Of a stretch of 64,000 nt of DNA, positions 1 to 9,481 are shown piece by piece. Position numbers and translations under genes: made by a program. The stretch is taken from positions 128,001-192,000 of the IMG/VR virus record IMGVR_UViG_3300049144_000095. One strand, given 5' to 3'. The notes beneath the pieces are model-generated. The model had not been told where the DNA came from. It made no database searches and saw only the letters and a program-made list of their open reading frames with translations. Positions within the stretch are counted from its first letter, which is position 1. Every line of letters starts with the position of its first letter. The stretch comes from a virus (lineage: Duplodnaviria; Caudoviricetes).

Positions 1-1
1 G

Positions 2-142
2 CTCGACGAGTCCGACGGCATGGACTGCTTCAACTGGGACGACTACGCCGACAGCAACTCCGGGCTGGTCAACGGCCTGGCCTTCATCGGGCAGCCCGCA
101 ACCGGCAACGCCGACACGATGTACCTCTTCGTGGAGGACTGA
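2..142 (+). CDS. Hypothetical protein, 3' end (5' truncated by window)
   Basis: Open frame LDESDGMDCFNW...LFVED ending TGA 140-142. Confidence 0.6.
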   Translation, partial: LDESDGMDCFNWDDYADSNSGLVNGLAFIGQPATGNADTMYLFVED

Positions 143-177
143 TCCTGGCCGCTGCGGGCTGGAGAAACGGAAGCGAC

Positions 178-381
178 ATGAACAAGATCGAGCTTCGCAC
201 CGCCGTACGAGACTTGCTCCTGGGCAAGTACGGGCCGGAGGAGATCGAGGAGGTCGAATTCGTCGGCCCCGACCCGGGGGAGCCGGGCGTCACCCTGGAG
301 GTCGTGACGGACGACCCCTACAACCTCACGGACGCGACGGCCACACGCCGCTACCGCGTCACCTTCGAGGAGATCGACTGA
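178..381 (+). CDS. Hypothetical protein
   Basis: ORF track; RBS-like GGAAG; GC3-rich codons. Confidence 0.75.
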   Translation: MNKIELRTAVRDLLLGKYGPEEIEEVEFVGPDPGEPGVTLEVVTDDPYNLTDATATRRYRVTFEEID

Positions 382-481
382 CGCGGCCCTCTGGCGGCTG
401 GGCCCCCCGGGTCCGGCCGCCGGGGAGCTGACTACCAGGTGGGTGAGACCTGATGTCAGTGGGATCGGAAAGGATGAAGAT

Positions 482-883
482 ATGCAGATGATCGACTGGT
501 GGACGGTTCGGGGTGAAATCTGGGGGGTCGAAAACCTCGATTTCAAGGTCGAGCTGCACCCCGTGGACGACTACATGCTGGTGGATCTCGACGGATACAC
601 GGCCGTCGAGCAGATGGCCCTGAGCGAGGGGCACTGGCGCTTCGTGAAGGTCGTCGTCACGCCCGTCGGGAAGGATCTCATCGACCACATCTATGCACGG
701 CAGAGCCGGGACGGTGTCGCGTGGGGGGACCTGCCCGATGGGCGGGTGGACCGGGACGACGTCCTCGACATCGCCAAGGAGCTGGCGGTGCAGGCGGTCA
801 TCGAGCTGGACAGAGGCGGCTTCACCCTGGAGGTTGCCGAAGGGAGCGACTTCGCTCCTGAGAAGCTGACGGCACCGTTCTGA
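482..883 (+). CDS. Hypothetical protein
   Basis: Start moved to ATG 482 after GGAAAGGATGAAGA. Confidence 0.75.
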   Translation: MQMIDWWTVRGEIWGVENLDFKVELHPVDDYMLVDLDGYTAVEQMALSEGHWRFVKVVVTPVGKDLIDHIYARQSRDGVAWGDLPDGRVDRDDVLDIAKELAVQAVIELDRGGFTLEVAEGSDFAPEKLTAPF

Positions 884-953
884 CGGGAGTCTGCGGTGCC
901 TCGCTCGCCGGGGCGCCGTGGAGTCCTGCCAGCCGGAAGGAAAGGAGAAGGGC

Positions 954-1157
954 GTGTTCACACTTCACCTGCACTACCCGCAGACCCCTGTCGCCAAGGG
1001 GGATGTGGTGACCGTTCGGTCGACCTACGTGCCGCCCATCGGCATGGAGATCTACAGTCCCCACTCGGCGGCGTACCGGGTGACCAACGTGCTCGCCGGG
1101 ATCACGGACGGGGTCCTCGACGAGGACTTCAACGTGCTCCTCGAAGCCACCGACTGA
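954..1157 (+). CDS. Hypothetical protein
   Basis: GTG 954 after GGAAAGGAGAAG. Confidence 0.7.
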   Translation: MFTLHLHYPQTPVAKGDVVTVRSTYVPPIGMEIYSPHSAAYRVTNVLAGITDGVLDEDFNVLLEATD

Positions 1158-1171
1158 AAGAGGGGAGAAGG

Positions 1172-1462
1172 GTGAACGTCAGGGAACTGCCCCGCAAGGT
1201 CGACGGTCTCCCCGTCGTCAAGGCCACCTACCTGGGATGGCTCAACAACTACAGCGCCGAACCCGGCTACTTCTGTGCGGTCATCACCTACGGCGAGGCG
1301 CACACCGGGAAGGGTAACGGGTTCCACTTCTTCATCCTGCGGGCGCTCGGGCTGGACAAGCCGTGGCTCCGCATCGAGAGCGCCTGGGGCCTCGGGAACG
1401 GTGATGCCAACGCCAGGCTGACGGAAGCCGAGAAGCTGGCCGAGTGGCCGAGGGGGGACTGA
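1172..1462 (+). CDS. Hypothetical protein
   Basis: GTG 1172 after AAAGAGGGGAGAAG. Confidence 0.75.
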   Translation: MNVRELPRKVDGLPVVKATYLGWLNNYSAEPGYFCAVITYGEAHTGKGNGFHFFILRALGLDKPWLRIESAWGLGNGDANARLTEAEKLAEWPRGD

Positions 1463-1800
1463 TGGACGTCGGGATCGATGGACCCAGCTCCCTCTCCGGT
1501 TTCACGATCCGGGAACTGCTGAGGGAGGCGGCCGGACTCGCCGTCGAAGAGGACGCGCCGGACGTCCGAAGGTCGGCTTGCGAGATGAGGGATCTGTTCG
1601 CCGGACAGGGCACGCCCCGCCTCTCCCTCGCTCAGGTTGAGGCGTACACCGAGGTCATCGAACTGGCCGTGGAGTATGAGAGCGGCGTGACACCATACCC
1701 ACCGGACGAGTTCGCCACGGAAGACGACCGCCGCTCCTACGCGGTGACGCAGCACGGCGAGGAGCTGGTGCACGCCGTGCGCTGGCTCGGTGGAAACTGA
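1462..1800 (+). CDS. Hypothetical protein
   Basis: TGATG coupling to upstream gene. Confidence 0.75.
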   Translation: MDVGIDGPSSLSGFTIRELLREAAGLAVEEDAPDVRRSACEMRDLFAGQGTPRLSLAQVEAYTEVIELAVEYESGVTPYPPDEFATEDDRRSYAVTQHGEELVHAVRWLGGN

Positions 1801-1820
1801 CTACGGATAAGGGGAAGAAC

Positions 1821-2159
1821 ATGAACGACGCGACCGGATTGAAAACGATCTCCTGCGAGAGCGGGCTGCACTTCATGGAGTCCAGCCGGGAGCCGATCTT
1901 CCACACTGTGGGTCATGACGGGTCTCACGGTCTGGCCACTCTGGATGTCATCAAGCTCTGGACCCGCCAGGTCATCACCAACGGCTACGACTTCGACGTC
2001 TACTACGCCGAACTGTACGCCGGGATGCCGAACGAACCGAAGCTGCTTCGCTGCAACCTCGGGTTCGCCGGAACCGACAAGAAGCCGAAGCTGATCGTCA
2101 CCATCGACAAGGACCAGGACGGCTGGCTCGCCGGGGTCCTCTGGACCAGCGACCTCTGA
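1821..2159 (+). CDS. Hypothetical protein
   Basis: RBS AAGGGGAAGAAC-ATG. Confidence 0.75.
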   Translation: MNDATGLKTISCESGLHFMESSREPIFHTVGHDGSHGLATLDVIKLWTRQVITNGYDFDVYYAELYAGMPNEPKLLRCNLGFAGTDKKPKLIVTIDKDQDGWLAGVLWTSDL

Positions 2160-2173
2160 ACGGAAGGACAGAC

Positions 2174-2401
2174 ATGGCAAAGACGCCCGGCGACAAGTGG
2201 CCGACGCTGTGCCAAGGCAAGATGCATCCGTGGGGTGAGAGACCGCCCGCCGCTCTGGCCACGTATGACCTGAAGTGGACGGTCATCGACTCGGATGGCG
2301 AGCCGGGCGGACAGGAGACCGCCGTGCGTCGCCTCTGCCCCGAGTGCAAAGCCCGGCATGAGGCGCATGGGGTACAGGTGACGCCTCACCGATTCGACTA
2401 G
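2174..2401 (+). CDS. Hypothetical protein (CxxC)
   Basis: RBS GGAAGGA; CPEC motif. Confidence 0.7.
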   Translation: MAKTPGDKWPTLCQGKMHPWGERPPAALATYDLKWTVIDSDGEPGGQETAVRRLCPECKARHEAHGVQVTPHRFD

Positions 2402-2490
2402 GCCGGTCGGCTTCCGGGGGGCACGGGTCGCGCGCCCGTGCCTCTCGGTGGACCACCGGATTAGCACGTTACGGACAAGGAGAAGACGAC

Positions 2491-2805
2491 ATGTCGGGTA
2501 TTCCCATGATCCACAGGGACGGTACGAAGATTCTGCATCCGACCCTCTGGGTCGACCCGGACGAGGTGCCGGTCCTCTTCCTGGCGGTGAAGGACGGTGC
2601 GGTTGCGCTGGCTCACCCGGACTACATCGATGAGACGCTGCACTCGGTGATGCAGGGCGACCTGGCCCTGCGGGACGCCTGGGATCACTTGCTGGTGAAG
2701 ACCTCGGCGATGCCGTACCCGCAGCCGTGTGAGGTCATGGCGGACACGCTCGACACGGTCGCCGTCTGGGTCAACGGCGAGATGGTTTACCGGGCATCCG
2801 TCTGA
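2491..2805 (+). CDS. Hypothetical protein
   Basis: RBS AAGGAGAAG. Confidence 0.75.
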   Translation: MSGIPMIHRDGTKILHPTLWVDPDEVPVLFLAVKDGAVALAHPDYIDETLHSVMQGDLALRDAWDHLLVKTSAMPYPQPCEVMADTLDTVAVWVNGEMVYRASV

Positions 2806-2847
2806 ACTGGGGCGCCGGATCAAGCACTGCACCAAGGAGGAGGGACG

Positions 2848-3285
2848 ATGCGCACACTTCCCGCTGAAACAGATCGCTACGCCTACGACATCGACGGAAT
2901 CCGGCTCGGTGAGCGTGGCATGGATGGGCCCACGCTCCGGACCATCCTCCTCGCCGCCACGGAGATCGGGAACGACGAGGGAGTTCACGACGACGAGGCA
3001 CGGGCGCAGGAGTTCGCCGAGACCTGCGAGACGTTCCACCGTCACCTTCAGCGCTACCGTCACCTGAAGGTGACGGTCCACGAAGCCCGGCTGCTCTTCG
3101 ATGCCTGCATGTCGGCCTGGAGCTACGCCGACCAGAACAACTACGGCGCCGAGTCCGAGGAGAACGAGGAGTTCCGCCTCTTCGCGCAGCACGGCGAGTT
3201 CATGCTGCGCGCACTGACCCGGCCGTGGGCGATGCTCGCCTACAAGGACGACGGGTCGCACGGCTTCTGGAAGGTGACGAACTAG
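2848..3285 (+). CDS. Hypothetical protein
   Basis: RBS AAGGAGGAGGG; followed by terminator. Confidence 0.8.
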   Translation: MRTLPAETDRYAYDIDGIRLGERGMDGPTLRTILLAATEIGNDEGVHDDEARAQEFAETCETFHRHLQRYRHLKVTVHEARLLFDACMSAWSYADQNNYGAESEENEEFRLFAQHGEFMLRALTRPWAMLAYKDDGSHGFWKVTN

Positions 3286-3300
3286 CCGCCATTTCCACGG

Positions 3301-3336
3301 GAAGGGGCCTGCCTCATGGCGGGCCCCTTCTTTGTT
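3301..3336 (+). terminator. Intrinsic terminator
   Basis: GAAGGGGCC/GGCCCCTTC stem followed by TTTGTT. Confidence 0.75.
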
Positions 3337-3339
3337 CTG

Positions 3340-3356
3340 TACGATGGCCTAGGTCA
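3340..3356 (+). promoter_or_regulatory. -10 hexamer TACGAT fused to palindromic site TGGCCTAGGTCA
   Basis: Copy 1 of 7 intergenic TGRCCTAGGYCR sites. Confidence 0.7.
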
Positions 3357-3372
3357 CTCGGGAGGGGTGGGT

Positions 3373-3834
3373 ATGCAGCCTCATGAATTCGCTAGTGCGC
3401 TCAGGGAGTTGACGATACCGGGCGCCTCGGTGCGACCGGCCGACGGGAAGTCCGGCTCGGGCCTTGAGTACGGCATTCTCGTCACCGGGCAGCACGGCGG
3501 CCGGATGGCCTGGCAGGTGGCGCTCCAGCGGGACGGCGTACAGCCGGGGAGCGGGTCTCCGGTCTTTCCGGCCGCCGTCCCGGCCGAGCCGGACAAGCTG
3601 GTGACTGCGGACGTCGAGGCTTCCATCGCGGCGTGGATAGGAGGCTCAGAGCTGGCCGCTCACGTCACTGACCTGGTGCGGTATAGCGCTACCGGCTCTG
3701 TCGGTGGCAGGCGGTACGGTCTGAAGCTCACGCTGGACGAAGGCGGCCGGGTGTTCATCCAGCCGCTGTGGACATTGGAGCCGGGCGAGGATCCGAACTC
3801 GGACAACAAGGGCCAGATCCGCGACGTGGTCTGA
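3373..3834 (+). CDS. Hypothetical protein
   Basis: ATG 3373 after GGAGGGG. Confidence 0.75.
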   Translation: MQPHEFASALRELTIPGASVRPADGKSGSGLEYGILVTGQHGGRMAWQVALQRDGVQPGSGSPVFPAAVPAEPDKLVTADVEASIAAWIGGSELAAHVTDLVRYSATGSVGGRRYGLKLTLDEGGRVFIQPLWTLEPGEDPNSDNKGQIRDVV

Positions 3835-3853
3835 ACGGAAAGGGGAAGGGTGA

Positions 3854-4234
3854 ATGGCTGGCATCAAGGTGCGCAAGGGTGCGGAAGAGTTGGAGAACGG
3901 AAGTATCCGGCAGGTGGCCTGGCTGAACCTCACGATCTCGATTCAGCCCGAGGCGCACGACCTGGTCGACGGCCTCGGGAGCAAGTACTACCGTCACCGG
4001 GCCACCGCCGACGATGAGCAGCCGGGCGACCGACCGGCGGAACTGCCGACCGAGTTGACTCAGCGGCAGATCGCCGACATCTACCGGGAAGAACTCCTGC
4101 ACTGGGGCACCGCCAATCTGGCGACCTGGGGCGACTACCCCAGCCTCAGCTTCGACGAGCAAGAGGCCGCCCGAGGATGGCTGACCGAGCTGGTCGTCGC
4201 CGCCTTCCCGGAGATGAAGGAGTACGTCCGGTGA
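3854..4234 (+). CDS. Hypothetical protein
   Basis: RBS CGGAAAGGGGAAG. Confidence 0.8.
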   Translation: MAGIKVRKGAEELENGSIRQVAWLNLTISIQPEAHDLVDGLGSKYYRHRATADDEQPGDRPAELPTELTQRQIADIYREELLHWGTANLATWGDYPSLSFDEQEAARGWLTELVVAAFPEMKEYVR

Positions 4235-4479
4235 GTTACAGACTGGATGTGACCCGGCCGGACGGCTCCGTGTTCACCTACGACGACCCCAACGGCCCCT
4301 TCGTCAGCCCTACTCACGCCGCACTGATGATCGGACGGGTGTACCGGGAGGAGGGATGCGGTAACCGCATCTCCTTCGCTGAACTGAAGCGGGTGATGAG
4401 CGAGGTGGCCAGCGCTTCCCCGGGAACGCCGATGAAGCATCACGCACTGAGCTACACCTTCACGGTCCAGCCGGTCTGA
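4231..4479 (+). CDS. Hypothetical protein
   Basis: GTGA overlap. Confidence 0.7.
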   Translation: MSYRLDVTRPDGSVFTYDDPNGPFVSPTHAALMIGRVYREEGCGNRISFAELKRVMSEVASASPGTPMKHHALSYTFTVQPV

Positions 4480-4501
4480 CCAGAGGAAAGAGAGAAGAAC
4501 G

Positions 4502-4882
4502 ATGCTCAACGAGGCAGCCAAGGCGTCGCTCGTGCGTCGCTACGCCAAGTCCGCACACAAGGAGTACATCGCACGACTGGACACCATGCGGGAGATCCTG
4601 GCCGACAGGCCGATGAACCTGGACGGGGATCACTTCACGAACTTCTACACCGCCCGAGCCCTGTATGCCCTCTACTCGGAAGCGCTCGCCCTGAACGCGG
4701 TCGGCGGCAGCGACTACAGCGACGACAAGGTGCTCGACCGCATCCGGGACGCCCGCACCTCTCAGCTCCGGTGGCTGCTCACCAACAAGCTGGTCAACGG
4801 CGGCATGTACGGCCTGACCCAGCAGATCCTGGAGAACGCGGCGCGCAAGTTCATCTCCGACATGACCGTCATCGAGGAGTGA
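4502..4882 (+). CDS. Hypothetical protein
   Basis: RBS GGAAAGAGAGAAG. Confidence 0.8.
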   Translation: MLNEAAKASLVRRYAKSAHKEYIARLDTMREILADRPMNLDGDHFTNFYTARALYALYSEALALNAVGGSDYSDDKVLDRIRDARTSQLRWLLTNKLVNGGMYGLTQQILENAARKFISDMTVIEE

Positions 4883-5040
4883 TCACGGTGCAAACGGGCT
4901 GGTACCGCCGGTACCGGCAGGAGTACGCGCGGCAGCGGGCGGAGGGTGCAACCCACGAGAACGCCCGCAAGGCGGCCATCCGCATGCTGCGCGCCGAGAA
5001 CACACGCCAGGACGCTCCGTCCGGCGAAACGGAAGGGTGA
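4879..5040 (+). CDS. Hypothetical small protein
   Basis: GTGA overlap. Confidence 0.6.
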   Translation: MITVQTGWYRRYRQEYARQRAEGATHENARKAAIRMLRAENTRQDAPSGETEG

Positions 5041-5050
5041 GGAGCCACAG

Positions 5051-5257
5051 ATGGACAGCGTACGGCCGGACGCCAGCACGGACGAGATCCTGGAGAACAT
5101 CCGGGAGGTCCAGATCCTCATGACGCGGAACCGGGACGTGGACACGGCGGCCGATCTCGGCGCCACGCTCGCCGACCTGGTGGCGGAACTCGACAAGCGC
5201 TTGGCGAGCGGTGAAGTCCTGCCGCAGGCGTGGCGCGGCAGCATCAGGGAGAACTGA
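5051..5257 (+). CDS. Hypothetical protein
   Basis: RBS GAGGAG. Confidence 0.7.
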   Translation: MDSVRPDASTDEILENIREVQILMTRNRDVDTAADLGATLADLVAELDKRLASGEVLPQAWRGSIREN

Positions 5258-5258
5258 G

Positions 5259-5486
5259 ATGGGGATGCACAGCAAGTGCGGGGCGGCCCTTGAGATTGAG
5301 GGCCAGCCCACGCTGATCTGCTGGCGTAGCCCGGGGCACACCAGCTCCAACGTCGACTACCGCCGCAGGCACTACGACCCCGACAAGGACAGGTCGTGGG
5401 ACAGCGAGAACGTCTACGACGAGGACGGGGAGGTCATCCTCGCGGGCCGTCCGAGGATCTTGGAGACAGAAGGCCGGAGCGCCTGA
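5259..5486 (+). CDS. Hypothetical protein
   Basis: Directly follows upstream stop. Confidence 0.7.
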   Translation: MGMHSKCGAALEIEGQPTLICWRSPGHTSSNVDYRRRHYDPDKDRSWDSENVYDEDGEVILAGRPRILETEGRSA

Positions 5487-5566
5487 TGGTGCCCCGCGAG
5501 CGGCCGGACGCCCGGTCGCTCGCGGAGTGCTCTCAGTCCGGGAGCCATTCGGAGAGGAGGAAGGGG

Positions 5567-5869
5567 ATGACCGGTCCCGTCGATCGTTTGGAACGGCACC
5601 TCCAGGAAACCCTGGAGGCGATCAGAGGTCTCAAGGATGGCCGCAATGCCGTCAACTTCCCTGCGCTGCACCTGCTGTTCACAGCCAAGTCCGAAAACCA
5701 GCGCCTCTATGTGACGGCGCTTGACTCCACGGGATTCTTCTTCCGGGGTCTCGTCATGGATGTCGATGCTGGCCGGGAGCGATTCTCGGTCCTCGCCGAC
5801 GACGGCGAAGTGGTCTCCGGAATGGACGCCGGGCAAATACTTGCCGTGCGAATCCAAGACAAAATCTGA
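5567..5869 (+). CDS. Hypothetical protein
   Basis: RBS GGAGAGGAGGAAGGGG. Confidence 0.7.
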   Translation: MTGPVDRLERHLQETLEAIRGLKDGRNAVNFPALHLLFTAKSENQRLYVTALDSTGFFFRGLVMDVDAGRERFSVLADDGEVVSGMDAGQILAVRIQDKI

Positions 5870-5891
5870 AGAGTCGAGCGATCATGTATGG

Positions 5892-6140
5892 ATGGGCATA
5901 GTCAATCCGGGTGAACCGCCGCAGCGGAACCTCCGGAGTATCGCGGAGGAGTTCGACTCGCTATGGGCGGAGTCCAGGCAGCACGCCGCGAACCGTCCTG
6001 GGGTCTCGCTGGAGGAGCTGAAGAAGCAGTCCTCGAAATTGCGCCGCACGGCACGGCTGAGCATCAAGCCGGAGCGCTTCGGCGGGATCCGCAAGGGCGA
6101 GCACTGCTCCTGGCCCGAGAGTTCGAAGAGAGCTGGCTGA
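5892..6140 (+). CDS. Hypothetical protein
   Basis: Start uncertain; co-oriented ORF. Confidence 0.5.
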   Translation: MGIVNPGEPPQRNLRSIAEEFDSLWAESRQHAANRPGVSLEELKKQSSKLRRTARLSIKPERFGGIRKGEHCSWPESSKRAG

Positions 6141-6265
6141 GATCCTGGAGAAACGCCAGGACCGTCGGCACGTTGTCTGGGAGAATCGCAGCACGGTGGG
6201 GTGATGACCGTCGCAGCGCAAAAGACCGCGCGGAGCGGTGATTTCGGAAAGAAGGAGAAGAAACG

Positions 6266-6763
6266 ATGGCTGGACGTGCCTTCAAGCGACCCGCTGGTGT
6301 CCGATGGAACTCGGCGTGGCCGTACGACAAGCAGCCCGAGATGAAGCCCAGCGAGGGTGATTGGGAGATGGCCATCTCGATCAGCCCCACCATGAGCGGC
6401 CTGGTGGTCTTCTACCCCGCCACGGAGGGCGCCCCCTGGGTGGCGGACAACGGCTACAAGCAGGTCTCGCTCAAGCCCTTCTACCGTGTCGGCGGCAAGG
6501 GCGACGCCGAGCGCTTCTGTGTGATGTTCTGCTCCCGGGGCCACGGTAAGCACTGGGCTCTGGAGCAGCACCAGGACGGCATCCTGTGGGGTTTCAACTG
6601 GTCGTCGCTGACGATGAGTACCGTGCGCCTGGCCTCCCAGGTGGCCGACCACTTCTTCCACGGCCGGACGAACGAGGCGTGGGCGGTCGGCCGCGCCTTC
6701 GAGGAGCTACTGCGGGCCGCCGAGAACGCCGAATACGAGAAGAAACACGGAGTCAAGGCATGA
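6266..6763 (+). CDS. Hypothetical protein
   Basis: RBS CGGAAAGAAGGAGAAG. Confidence 0.8.
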   Translation: MAGRAFKRPAGVRWNSAWPYDKQPEMKPSEGDWEMAISISPTMSGLVVFYPATEGAPWVADNGYKQVSLKPFYRVGGKGDAERFCVMFCSRGHGKHWALEQHQDGILWGFNWSSLTMSTVRLASQVADHFFHGRTNEAWAVGRAFEELLRAAENAEYEKKHGVKA

Positions 6764-7098
6764 CGCGCATCGACATCAACGTGGCCCCGGGACCGGTTGA
6801 CCCGGTTGCGACCATCGGCTACCTGGAGGCATGGGCTGACGACCCGGAGACCTTCGACGGCTACCTGGAGCACCCCGATCTTCCTGCCGACAAGCTGGTG
6901 ATCAACGGAGCCTCCGAGGCGTGGGCCCGCTACCGGGTACTGCGCGCCTACCTGGACGCCTGCCTCAAGGAGATCGACGGGACGGGCGGGCAGGTCGGAG
7001 GCGCCCAGAAGTTCACCATCCTGGAGAACAGCAAGCTCCTCGCCGCTGTCGCCGAGGAGATGGAAGCGGTGCTGTTCCAGCACGTACAAGCTGACTGA
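6760..7098 (+). CDS. Hypothetical protein
   Basis: ATGA overlap. Confidence 0.75.
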   Translation: MTRIDINVAPGPVDPVATIGYLEAWADDPETFDGYLEHPDLPADKLVINGASEAWARYRVLRAYLDACLKEIDGTGGQVGGAQKFTILENSKLLAAVAEEMEAVLFQHVQAD

Positions 7099-7145
7099 TC
7101 ACGGTACGGTCCGGTCGCGCATGGGGGTTTCCGTGCGCGTGCCGA

Positions 7146-7162
7146 ATTGCCACCGTGGCAAT
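7146..7162. promoter_or_regulatory. Perfect palindrome ATTGCCAC-C-GTGGCAAT, possible operator
   Basis: 8-bp perfect inverted repeat with 1-nt spacer just upstream of the RBS of 7187. Confidence 0.4.
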
Positions 7163-7186
7163 CAACTCCGGAAGGGAGAAGAAGAA

Positions 7187-7639
7187 ATGGCTCAGAGCGA
7201 GGTGTTCCGCACCTACGAGGGGCTGTTCCGCGTCCTCGTGGAGCAGGTGATCGACGGCGAGAAGGTCGACTGGTACCTCGTCAGCCGCAAGGAGATCGCC
7301 ACGCCGGACAGGCTCGTGGCGCACATGGCGGCCGTGCGGGAGTTCCTGAGCGGGGCCGCCGTCGACTGGACCGGTGAGACCACCGAGTCCGGCTACGTGT
7401 TCGCCATGAAGGGGGCTGAGCGGCGTCTGCTCTGGGCCCGCTACGGCGACGAGTGGATCGCCCAGGACAGGGAGAGCCGCTGGATGATCGTGGAGCACCC
7501 CGACGGCAAGAACCAGGGCGGCCGTCTCTTCACGTTGTCCTCGCGCCCTCTCGACGGCGGGGCGTACACGGAGATCGCCCCGGACCTCGGAAGCCTGGAG
7601 GCCGCCAAGAAGACCGCCGAGAAGAAGGCGAGCTGGTGA
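7187..7639 (+). CDS. Hypothetical protein
   Basis: RBS CGGAAGGGAGAAGAAG. Confidence 0.8.
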   Translation: MAQSEVFRTYEGLFRVLVEQVIDGEKVDWYLVSRKEIATPDRLVAHMAAVREFLSGAAVDWTGETTESGYVFAMKGAERRLLWARYGDEWIAQDRESRWMIVEHPDGKNQGGRLFTLSSRPLDGGAYTEIAPDLGSLEAAKKTAEKKASW

Positions 7640-7932
7640 CCCCCGAGAATGCGGTCGACAAGGCGCCGGTCCGCTACGTCTGGACGGAGCGGGACATCGA
7701 AGCCCAACCCGTCATGGGAACGCTTGCCGAGTACGCGCGAAGCCGGGAGATGGCCCACCTCTCGGGCGCCTACGTCGTATCGGAGAGCGTCTGGACCTGC
7801 GACGAACAGGGTCAGCTCGTGGAGCACCCGGTGAAGGTCGAGCGGGGTCAGATGACTGACAACTACCGGATCCCGATGGAGTACCAGGCGAACGACGAGA
7901 CGGTCATCTACTTCGCCGACGGAGCGGCCTGA
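7636..7932 (+). CDS. Hypothetical protein
   Basis: GTGA overlap. Confidence 0.75.
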   Translation: MTPENAVDKAPVRYVWTERDIEAQPVMGTLAEYARSREMAHLSGAYVVSESVWTCDEQGQLVEHPVKVERGQMTDNYRIPMEYQANDETVIYFADGAA

Positions 7933-7950
7933 TGGAAAGGGGAGGGTGAG

Positions 7951-8655
7951 ATGACGGAGCACAAGCTGCCCGACTGGGTGCGGGAAGGGCTCAGCGGCCT
8001 CTCGGTCGAGCGGGAATTGCCGAAGTGGCCCGTCCTTCAGGTGGTCGGCCAGGACGTGAGGCCCGAGCTGGGCCGGGAGATCTGTCTGCGTACCACGCGG
8101 CCGGGCACGGCGTTCTCGGGCGGCACCGATGAGTGGACCGCCACTCTTGCCGCCGCCTACGGAGTGACGCTGGACGAGCACGGCTGGATGTCCTACGAGG
8201 AAGAAGAGCGCGTACGTGAAGAGCTGGGGATCCTGGAGCTGAGGTATCTGGGGAACGACAGGATCAGGGCCAGCCGGTTCGACCTGCCGTCCGGGTGGTG
8301 CGACTGGAACGGCGCGATCGGCACCGACGGAACCCATCTGGGCGACAAGTGGCCCACCCTGGAGGGCCTGAACCGGGAGCTGGAGCTGATCGCGCAGACC
8401 TGGCCGGGACTGGCCATGACGGTCCAGCTCTCGAACTACCGGGACCCCGAACGGATGCACGAGTACTGGCCGTTCCTCACCTGGATCATCGCGGACGGGC
8501 AGGTCGAGCTGTGCCGGGAGCCCGGCTTCCTGCTCCGTCCGGTGCGGCTGCCGGTGGCTAAGTCTTCGGAACAGCTCACGAAGGAGGCCGGGCGCGGCGT
8601 CGGTATCAAGACGCTGCGCCTCGCCGTCAACGAGGTGAAGGAGAAGGACGGGTGA
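7951..8655 (+). CDS. Hypothetical protein
   Basis: RBS GGAAAGGGGAGG; 234 aa. Confidence 0.8.
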   Translation: MTEHKLPDWVREGLSGLSVERELPKWPVLQVVGQDVRPELGREICLRTTRPGTAFSGGTDEWTATLAAAYGVTLDEHGWMSYEEEERVREELGILELRYLGNDRIRASRFDLPSGWCDWNGAIGTDGTHLGDKWPTLEGLNRELELIAQTWPGLAMTVQLSNYRDPERMHEYWPFLTWIIADGQVELCREPGFLLRPVRLPVAKSSEQLTKEAGRGVGIKTLRLAVNEVKEKDG

Positions 8656-9086
8656 GCGAGAAGCTGGACATGAGCGACTGGGGAGAGGTCACGATCCGCA
8701 CACCGGGGGCGTTCGCCGACGTGACGGACGTGCACCGCGTGATCAGCGAGCTGTTCCCCCACGAGAGTGTCCACAAGTACCAGCAGCGGTCCACCGAGGC
8801 GGGCATGCGCGAAGCCGTCGCCGACTTCCGTCGGGTCGCCGATCGGCGGCTGGCAGGCAAGGGTGAGGCCGGAAAGCTGGCCCGGGATCTGATCGAGGAG
8901 ATCCTGGGTCACTTCGACCCGGACCATGAGGACTGGGGCGGCTTCTTCCCCAGCACGCTGGTCTGCCCGCTGCACGACCAGCCCGAGTCGTCCCGGGCCA
9001 ACGCCTACGGGAGAATGCTCCCGCTGTTCAGCAAGTGCCCGGGGGTCCCTCGGTGCCGGGCGCACGAGGGGGTGCGGGTCGAGTGA
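8652..9086 (+). CDS. Hypothetical protein, paralog of 9083..9481
   Basis: GTGA overlap; DWGEVTIR N-terminus. Confidence 0.75.
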   Translation: MSEKLDMSDWGEVTIRTPGAFADVTDVHRVISELFPHESVHKYQQRSTEAGMREAVADFRRVADRRLAGKGEAGKLARDLIEEILGHFDPDHEDWGGFFPSTLVCPLHDQPESSRANAYGRMLPLFSKCPGVPRCRAHEGVRVE

Positions 9087-9481
9087 GTCAGGACTGGACC
9101 GAGGTCACCGTCCGGATGCCGAAGCGTTTCACGGCCACCCCGCAGGAGATCCTGGAGTTCCTGCGGGAGTACTTCGCAGAGGACCAAGTTCTGGGCTTCC
9201 TGTGGTCGGTCGGAGATGCGGCGGTACATCAGGCGGCGGAGGAGCTGCGGGGACGTTCGTCGGACATCTCTTTCCAGGGGTACATCGACCACGATCCGGA
9301 GTACGAAGCTCGATCCGAGGAGTGGTCCGAGGCCGCCGACGAGATCGACCCTGCCGAGGGTGGCGGTCACTACCCGTCGAGGATGCTCTGTTTCAGGCAC
9401 GGCGAAATCGGCCCGGTGAAGGCTCTGCCGTGCCCCGGCACCCCGGAGTGCGGACCGGCGAAATGGAAGGAGGGGACGTGA
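9083..9481 (+). CDS. Hypothetical protein, paralog of 8652..9086
   Basis: GTGA overlap; DWTEVTVR N-terminus. Confidence 0.75.
   Translation: MSQDWTEVTVRMPKRFTATPQEILEFLREYFAEDQVLGFLWSVGDAAVHQAAEELRGRSSDISFQGYIDHDPEYEARSEEWSEAADEIDPAEGGGHYPSRMLCFRHGEIGPVKALPCPGTPECGPAKWKEGT

Noticed and set aside
382-470. Two hairpins upstream of gene 482
   Set aside because: Single occurrence, GC-rich stems expected by chance, no known motif.
2402-2462. Long hairpin after gene 2174..2401
   Set aside because: Probably a simple terminator or stabiliser; no U tract or other distinguishing feature.
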